Assembly: GCA_002269645.1 (NCBI GenBank)
Contig: NIVC01005255.1
Span: 1 to 15,625 of the forward strand
Direction: 5' to 3'
DNA from: Macrostomum lignano
Lineage: Eukaryota
DNA length: 15,625 bases
The translations under genes and the position numbers were made by a program. Under the pieces are notes generated by a model. It had not been told where the DNA came from and made no database searches. It saw only the letters and a list, made by a program, of their open reading frames with translations. This document shows positions 8,590 to 15,625 of the stretch, one piece after another. How positions within the stretch are numbered: position 1 is the first letter of the stretch; each line of letters opens with the position of its first letter.

Positions 8590-9425
8590 CACGTCTCTCA
8601 TATCTCCTCTCTCCTCTGTTCGCTATTATCGTGATCGTGACTCTCTTCTCTCTCCTCTCTCTCATTTCATCTCTACCCTACTCCCTTATTTATCTCTTCT
8701 CCCTCGTCTTTCGTCTGTACCTTCTCCTGTCTCTTGTCTCCTCTCTTCTCTCATATCTCTCCTCTTCACTTCTGTCTCCTGTCTCCTCTCTTCTCTCTTA
8801 TCTCTCCCTCTTCTCTCCTCTCCTTTCTCCTTTCATCTTCTCCCCTCTCTTCTCTAATCTCTAATCTCTTTTCTCTTATGTTCTCACTCATCTCTTTTCT
8901 CATAGCATCTCTCATCTCTCCTCTCCTCACTACTTTCCTCTCTTAACTCTCTCATCTCTGATCTTTCATCTCTTTTCTCTCTCCTCTCTCTCTTCTCCTC
9001 TCGCTTCTCTCTCCTCTCTCTCCTCTCATCTCTACTACCTTATTTATATCTTCTCCCTGGTCTTTCGTCTCTACTCTCTCTTGTCTCATTTCTCCCCTCT
9101 TTTTTCCTCTCTTTCTCTCCCCTCCTCTCTCATCTCTCATCCCTCATCTGACTCTTTCTTTCCTTCTACTCTCCCTCTCTTCTATTTCCTCTGTACGCTC
9201 TTATCTCACATCTCTATTCTCTCTCCTATCATCTCTCTTGTCTCCCTCTGCTATCTCATATCTCCCCTCTCATCTCCTCTCTCCTCTTCTCTTCTCTCTA
9301 CTTCGTTCCCGCCTTACTCCCCTCTTCTCCCTATCTGTCATGTCTAATCTCTCCACTCATTTCTGCTCTGTTTTCTATCATCTCATCTCTCTTCTCTTTT
9401 CATTCTTCTCTTTACTCTTTTTCTC
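8590..9425 (+). repeat. CT-rich tract, copy E
   Basis: Same composition and same right boundary motif. Confidence 0.92.
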
Positions 9426-9444
9426 TGACTGATTGAAGATGCCA

Positions 9445-9690
9445 AATCCTCTCCGCGAAGCAGAAAAATCCTGTCGGTGCAACTGAAAACCATCGAAATC
9501 CTCTCCGTGAAACTGGACTCCTTCGAAATCCTGAACTTACCATCAAAATCGAAATCAGTCATACTCTCGAACAGAAATCTCTCCGTGAAACTGACACCAT
9601 CGAAATCTCACGCAGAAATCCTCTCCGTCAAAATTAAAACATTGAAAATCGTCTCCGCTAAACTGGACTCAATCGAATTTTTTCCGTCAA
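9445..9690 (+). repeat. 30/20-bp minisatellite, copy E (degenerate, many small deletions)
   Basis: Same cores, eroded between about 9530 and 9620. Confidence 0.8.
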
Positions 9691-9716
9691 ACAACTCAAC
9701 TCTCCGGATTCATTGG

Positions 9717-9745
9717 TTAGGGTTAGGGTAGGGTTTTAGGGTTAG
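9717..9745 (+). repeat. Degenerate TTAGGG block, copy E
   Basis: TTAGGG TTAGGG TAGGG TT TTAGGG TTAG. Confidence 0.88.
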
Positions 9746-9768
9746 AAACTACGCACAGCTTCGTGTTA

Positions 9769-10730
9769 AAAGGCACTGATAAAAATATTGAACTAATTGA
9801 ATCAATTCATTGCGCAACCGATTTCACAGTCAGTCAGTATCAGTCTCAGTTAAATTTAACCAAAAGATTGCGCAATTTAAATCAACCCTCCAGTACACAG
9901 AGACCGACCCTTTTCAATACGCTGTGGCAGTTAGAAATTGAACCCCATCTGTGGGGGCATTGAACCAAAAAATGAGTACAATCTTTGCATAAAGCTAAAA
10001 GTATGGAAATAGTTTTTTTGATGCTGCTCTTTTAGTCTTTATATTAAAAGCTAACAATTTATATCCGCTCGAACTCAGCGTTGCAAGATCTTTTCAGCAG
10101 TATAAGTCTCTTCTCTTAAAGTTTAGAACTCGAAGAGCAGTTAGCGTTTGAAAGTTTCCATTTTAAAGCATTAAAATATCGAGTGTACGTTCACTGCCTG
10201 CCAAAGAGGCTCGCAAGTTTATTCATTTACTACACAGGCCGGCTATTACACAGGGCAGCCTATTGAAAGGCACAGATAATAAAACAAAATTGATGGCGCA
10301 ACTGATTTCACAGTATGTCAGTATCAGTCTCAGTTACAGTTAACAAAAAGATTGCGCAATCTAAATCAACCCTCCAATACACAGCGCCCGACCGCCTTCC
10401 ACTACGCAGTGGCAATTAGCAATTGAACCCCCCAAATTTATCTCTGACCTATCGCAAAAATAAGTACAATCTTTGCAGCAAGTTAAAAGTAAAAGTAATA
10501 AAATCGTTTTTTGAATGCTGTGCTTTTAATTTTTACAGTTAAAGCAAACAACTTATATCCCTGAACTCAGCGTTGCAAGATCTTTCCAGCAATATAAGTC
10601 TCTCCTCTCAAAGTTCAAAATCGAGCAACAGTTAGCATTTGAAACTTTCTGATTTAAAGCATTGAAATATCGAGTGTACGTTCACTGCCTGCTAGAGAGG
10701 CTCGCAAATTGATGCATTGAATTTCACTGT
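9769..10730. repeat. Internal tandem duplication of the ~0.5 kb ATTGCGCAAT module in copy E
   Basis: AAAGGCAC(T/A)GATA..GCGCAAC..CAGTATCAGTCTCAG starts at 9769 and again at 10266 (period 497). Confidence 0.9.
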
Positions 10731-11108
10731 CCGCCAGTTAGCTAGGGTCCAAGTGTACACACGCGCCGCCACTGAGAACGCTCCTATCCCCCCACTGGAG
10801 AGAAAATACACTGCCAAGTTAGCAAAATTTTATGGCGCAATCACTTAAAATTCATGCAAATTTTCAGCTCCAAGCAGAAAGAGGGGACAATTAAGATTAT
10901 CAAAGGTCAAGACCGCCGTTTTCTGCTTTTTTGAGGATCTTAGAAATTAAAATTTCAGAATTAAAATAGCCTATAGCCGACCTCGGATAATTTCCAATCT
11001 TCCCATATAAGTTTCAACGCTGAGTTGCCACTATTCAAGGAGGAGTTGTCGAAATGACAGACAGACACACAGACAGACAGACAAACAACACGTCAACTTT
11101 AGTATATA

Positions 11109-11132
11109 TAGATAGATAGATAGATAGATAGA
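11109..11132. repeat. (TAGA)6 microsatellite at the E/F junction
   Basis: Six perfect TAGA units immediately before CGAGTGG. Confidence 0.95.
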
Positions 11133-11141
11133 CGAGTGGAA

Positions 11142-11158
11142 CTCCTCCTCCGGAGGAG
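11142..11158 (-). other. 3'-terminal hairpin of copy F (loop variant)
   Basis: CTCCTCC-TCC-GGAGGAG; stem intact, loop substituted. Confidence 0.8.
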
Positions 11159-11269
11159 AAAGGGGAAGAACTCCCATCACCGGAATTCCATTCCCTGAAA
11201 TCAATCAGCTGAAACTCCATGACTTGAATCCCATCTTCCAAATCATCTCCAAATCCTCTGTAAAGCCTT

Positions 11270-11871
11270 TTTGCTCTCCTCTTTGCCCTCTCATCTCTAC
11301 AGTGTAGTCTCTTATCTCTTCTCTCTAATCTGCTTTCCATCTCTAGTCTCTCATCTCTGCTCTCTCTTCTTTGCTATCTTATATCTAGTCTCTCCTCTCT
11401 CTCCTCTTATCTCTACTCCCTTATGTATCTCTTCTCCCTCGTCTTTCGTCTGTACCCTCTCCTATCTCTTGTCTCCTCTCTTCTCTCATATCTCTCCTCT
11501 TCACTTCTGTCTCCTGTCTCCTCTCTTCTCTCTTATCTCTCCCTCTTCTCTCCTCTCTCATATGTCATCTCTACTCACTTATCTATCGTCTCTCTTAACC
11601 CTCTCTCTTCTCTTTCTCTCCTCTCTGCTCTCATTTCTCATATCTCATATACGCTCTCAGACTCTACTTTCTTGTCTCCCATCTTTCTTTCCTCCTTTCC
11701 ACTATCCCCGTCTCTTCTCTTCTCTCTTTTCTATCCTCTTCATTCTCTCTCTCTCCTCTCCTTGCTCCTTTCATCTTCTCCCCTCTCTTCTCTAATCTCT
11801 AATCTCTCCTCTCTCATATCTACTCTCTTTTCTATAATCTCTTTTCTCTGTTCTCTTTTCTCTTTTCTCTC
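11270..11871 (+). repeat. CT-rich tract, copy F
   Basis: Same composition; different right boundary. Confidence 0.9.
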
Positions 11872-11972
11872 GCATCGGAAGAATTCCCATCACCGGAATT
11901 CGATTTCCTGGACTCCATTAGCTGAATTCCATAACCCGAGCTGCATCATCCAACTCCTCTCCAAAGACAAAA

Positions 11973-12020
11973 AGATCCTCTCCGTGAAACTGGACTCAAT
12001 CGAAATTTTCTCCGTCAAAC
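11973..12020 (+). repeat. Minisatellite remnant, copy F
   Basis: Only about two units remain (GATCCTCTCCGTGAAACTGGACTCAATCGAAATTTTCTCCGTC). Confidence 0.7.
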
Positions 12021-12046
12021 AGAACTCAACTCTCAGGATTCAGTGG

Positions 12047-12068
12047 CTAGGGTTAGGGTTAGGGTTAG
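12047..12068 (+). repeat. CTAGGG (TTAGGG)2 TTAG, copy F
   Basis: Direct reading. Confidence 0.88.
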
Positions 12069-12998
12069 AGCTACACACAGCTGCGTGTTGAAAGGCACCA
12101 ATAATAAAAAATTGAACTAATTGAAGCAACAGATTGAGCAATCGATTTCTCAGTCAGCCAGTATCAGTCTCAGTTCAAGTTAGCAAAATGATTGCGCAAT
12201 TTAAATCAACCATCCAATACACAGCCACCGCCCCCTTCCAATACGCAGTGGCAAGTAGAAGTTGAACCCCCCCAACTTTATCTCTGACCTATCGCAAAAA
12301 TAAGTACAATCTTTGCAAAAGTATTTAAATCGTTTTGAATGCTGTGCTTTTAGTTTTCATATTTAAAGCAAAAAACCTATATCCCTGAACTCAACGCTAC
12401 AAACTCTTTCCAGCAATATAAGTCTCTCCTCTCAAAGTTAAAAAATCGAGCAACAGTTAGCATTTGAAATTTTCTGATTTAAAGCATTGAAATATCGAGT
12501 GTACGTTCACTGCCTGCAGCAGTGGGAGGCTCGCAAGTTTATTCATTGAATTTCACTGTCCAAAACTACACAGGGCAGCCTATTGAAAATCAGAACACAT
12601 ATCGTTGCGCAATTGTCTATACAATCAGCCAGTGAGCTAGGGTCCGATTGTACACACGCAGCCACTGAGAACGCGACCATCCCCCCACTGGAGAGAAAAT
12701 ACACTGCAGAGATAGGAGAAAGTTATGGCGCAATCGCTCAAAATTCATGCAAATTTTCAGCTCCAAGCAGAAAGAGGGTACAATTAAGATTATCAAAGGT
12801 CAAAACCGCCGTTTTCTGCTTTTTTAGGGATCTTAAAATGTAAAAATGAAAGATTAAAATAGCCTAAAGCCATCCTCGGAAAATTTGCAGTTTTCCAATA
12901 TAAGTTTCAACGCTGAGTTGCAAGTATTCTAGGAGGAGTTATGCAACAGACAAACAAACACACAAACATCGCACCAACTTTAGTATATACGAGTGGAA

Positions 12999-13015
12999 CT
13001 CCTCCTTCGGAGGAG
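12999..13015 (-). other. 3'-terminal hairpin of copy G
   Basis: Perfect CTCCTCC-TTC-GGAGGAG. Confidence 0.8.
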
Positions 13016-13149
13016 AAAGGGGAAGAACTCCCATCACCGGAATTCCATTCCCTGAAATCCATCAACTGAAATTCCATGTCTTGAACCCATCTTCCAAATC
13101 GTCTCCAAATTCTTTACAAACCTTTCAAAGACCATAGCTCAAAGACTCT

Positions 13150-14111
13150 TACGTCTCTCATATCTACCTCTCTCTCTTCGCTATTATCGTGACTCTCTTC
13201 TCTCTCCTCTCTCTCATCTCATCTCTACCCCTACTCCTTATTTATGTTTTCCCTCGTCTTTCGTCTGTACCCCTCCTGTCTCTTGTCTCCTCTCTTCTCT
13301 CATATCTCTCCTCTTCACTTCTGTCTCCTGTCTCCTCTCTTCTCTCTTATCTCTCCTCTTCTCTCCTCTTTTATGTCATCTCTATTCACTTATCTATCGT
13401 CTCTCTTAACCCTCTCTCTCTTCTCTTTCTTCCTCTCTGCTCTCATTTCTCATATCTCATTACGCTCTCACACTCTTACTTGTCTCAATCTTTCTTTCCT
13501 CCTTTCCACTTTTCCTGTCTCTTCTCTTCTCTCTTTCTTCCTCCATTCTCTTTCTCCTCCCCTTGCTCCTTTATCTTCTCCCCTCTCTTCTCTAATCTCT
13601 TCTCTCTCTCTCTTATGTTCTCACTCATCTCTTTTATCGCATCTCTCATCTCTCCTCTCCTCACTACTTCCCTCTTAACTCTCTTATCTATTTCATCTCT
13701 CTCCTCTCTCCTCTTTCTCTTCTCCTCTCGCTTCTTCTCTCGCTTCTCTCTCCTATCTTCCTCTCATCTCTACTACCGTATTTATATCTTCTCTGGTCTT
13801 CGTCTCTACTCTCGTCTGTCTCCTTTCTCCCTCTTTTCTCCTTTCTTGTCTCTCCTGTCTCCCCTCCTCTCTCATCCCTCATCCCTCATCTCACTCTTTC
13901 TTTCTCCTCTACTCTCCCCTCTCTTCTATTTCTCTGTACGCTCTTATCCTAATCTATTTTCTCTCCTCTCTCCTCTTTCTTCTCTTCCCTCTTCGTTCCC
14001 GCCTTAATCCCCTCTTCTCTCCATCTGTCATGTCTAATATCTCCACTCATTTCTACTCTGTTTTCTATCATCTCATCTCTCTTCTCTTTTTCTTCTCTTT
14101 ACTCTTTTCTC
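13150..14111 (+). repeat. CT-rich tract, copy G
   Basis: Same composition and same right boundary motif. Confidence 0.92.
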
Positions 14112-14136
14112 TGACTGATTGAAGATGCCAAATCAT

Positions 14137-14235
14137 CAAGATCCTCTCCGCGAAGCAGAAATCCTGTCCGTGCAACTGAAAACCATCGAAATTCTCTCTT
14201 TTAAACTGGACTCAATCGAAATTTTCTCCGTCAAA
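14137..14235 (+). repeat. Minisatellite, copy G (contracted)
   Basis: About four units. Confidence 0.78.
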
Positions 14236-14268
14236 AAAATAAATATCAGGATTCATTGGTTATTATTG

Positions 14269-14286
14269 TTAGGGTTAGGGTTAGGG
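14269..14286 (+). repeat. (TTAGGG)3, copy G
   Basis: Direct reading. Confidence 0.9.
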
Positions 14287-14310
14287 TTAAAGCTACACAG
14301 CTGCGTGTTC

Positions 14311-15245
14311 AAATAAAAAATTGAACCAATTGAATCAATTGATTGCGCAACCGATTTCACAGTCAGTCAGTATCAGTCTCAGTTAAAGTTAGCAAAAATT
14401 GCGCAATCTAAATCAACCCTCCAGTACACAGAGACCGACCCTTTTCAATACGCAGTGGCAGTTAGAAATTGAACCCAACTTTGGGGGCATTGAACAAAAA
14501 ATGAGTACAATCTTTGCATAAAGCTAAAAGTATGGAAATGTTTTTTTGATGCTGCTCTTTTAGTCTTTACATTTATAGCTTTATATCCTCGAACTCAGCG
14601 TTGCAAGATCTTTTCAGCAGTATAAGTATCTTCTCTTAAAGTTTAGAACTCGAAGAGCAGTTAGCGTTTGAAAGTTCCCGTTTTAAAGCATTGAAATATC
14701 GCGTGTACGTTCACTGCCTGCCAAAGAGGCTCGCAAATTTATTCATTCTACACAGGCCGGCTATTACACAGGGCAGCCTATTGAAAGGCACAGATAATAA
14801 AACAAATTGATGGCGCAACTGATTTCACAGTATGTCAGTATCAGTCTCAGTTACAGTTAAGAAAAATTGCGCAATCTAAATCAACCCTCCAATACACAGC
14901 GCCCGACCGCCTTCCACTACGCAGTGGCAATTAGCAATTGAACCCCCAAATTTATCTCTGACCTATCGCAAAAATAAGTACAATCTTTGCAGCAAGTTAA
15001 AAGTAAAAGTAATAAAATCGTTTTTTGAATGCTGTGCTTTTAATTTTTACAGTTAAAGCAAACAACTTATATCCCTGAACTCAGCGTTGCAAGATCTTTC
15101 CAGCAATATAAGTCTCTCCTCTCAAAGTTCAAAAATCGAGCAACAGTTAGCATTTGAAACTTTCTGATTTAAAGCATTGAAATATCGAGTGTACGTTCAC
15201 TGCCTGCTAGAGAGGCTCGCAAATTGATGCATTGAATTTCACTGT
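14311..15245. repeat. Internal tandem duplication of the same module in copy G
   Basis: Second copy starts with AAAGGCACAGATAATAAAAC at 14784; both halves match the corresponding halves in copy E. Confidence 0.9.
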
Positions 15246-15625
15246 CCGCCAGTTAGCTAGGGTCCAAGTGTACACACGCCGCCACTGAGAACGCTCCTAT
15301 CCCCCCACTGGAGAGAAACACTGCCAAGTTAGCAAAATTTTATGGCGCAATCACTTAAAATTCATGCAAATTTCAGCTCCAAGCAGAAAGAGGGGACAAT
15401 TAAGATTATCAAAGGTCAAGACCGCCGTTTTCTGCTTTTTTGAGGATCTTAGAAATTAAAATTTCAGAATTAAAATAGCCTATAGCCGACCTCGGATAAT
15501 TTCCAATCTTCCCATATAAGTTTCAACGCTGAGTTGCCACTATTCAAGGAGGAGTTGTCGAAATGACAGACAGACACACAGACAGACAGACAAACAACAC
15601 GTCAACTTTAGTATATACGAGTGGA

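Larger units (their letters stand above)
8426..11132 (-). mobile_element. Copy E, non-autonomous Helitron-like element (2707 bp, internal ~0.5 kb duplication)
   Basis: 5' end is a TCTA run followed by TATATACTAAAG at 11132; 3' hairpin plus CTCG ending at 8426. Confidence 0.72.
11133..12989 (-). mobile_element. Copy F, non-autonomous Helitron-like element (1857 bp, shortest and most diverged)
   Basis: 5' TATATACTAAAGTTGG at 12989; 3' hairpin with GGA loop plus CTCG ending at 11133. Confidence 0.68.
12990..15617 (-). mobile_element. Copy G, non-autonomous Helitron-like element (2628 bp, internal ~0.5 kb duplication)
   Basis: 5' TATATACTAAAG at 15617; 3' hairpin plus CTCG ending at 12990. Confidence 0.7.
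1..15625. repeat. Tandem macrosatellite-like array of a ~1.9-2.8 kb composite unit (6 full copies plus 2 partial)
   Basis: The same ordered modules recur; the junction motif ACTTTAGTATATA..CGAGTGGAACTCCTCC recurs near 911, 3111, 5888, 8409, 11097, 12978 and (truncated by the window end) 15605. Confidence 0.97.

Noticed and set aside
9530-9620. Dense cluster of small deletions in copy E's minisatellite, and the irregular TTAGGG block nearby
   Set aside because: The pattern resembles long-read or consensus error as much as biology; it cannot be interpreted without raw reads.

Overview
Eukaryotic (probably metazoan) non-coding repetitive DNA with no credible protein-coding or RNA gene. The whole window is a head-to-tail array of one composite ~1.9-2.8 kb unit: six complete copies (B-G), a partial copy A at the left end, and 8 bp of a further copy at the right end. 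Read on the minus strand, each unit has the architecture of a non-autonomous rolling-circle (Helitron-like) element. The 5' end is T(C)TATATA(TA)CTAAAG followed by a (GTCT)n microsatellite. The 3' end is a CTCCTCC-GAA-GGAGGAG hairpin, 9 nt from a CTCG terminus. Copies abut with no intervening host DNA (junctions at 921/922, 3125/3126, 5907/5908, 8425/8426, 11132/11133, 12989/12990, 15617/15618). On the + strand each unit contains, in order: a conserved subterminal segment, a 0.6-1.1 kb CT-rich tract, a 30/20-bp minisatellite, a short (TTAGGG)n block, a ~0.5 kb module with ATTGCGCAAT palindromes (duplicated in some copies), and a conserved 5' module. The two ends share an 11-bp inverted repeat that brackets each junction. 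Copies are mosaics of sub-families. The listed ORFs are low-complexity or repeat artefacts. The Helitron call rests on terminal architecture read by eye; no database search was run. Internal module boundaries are approximate.
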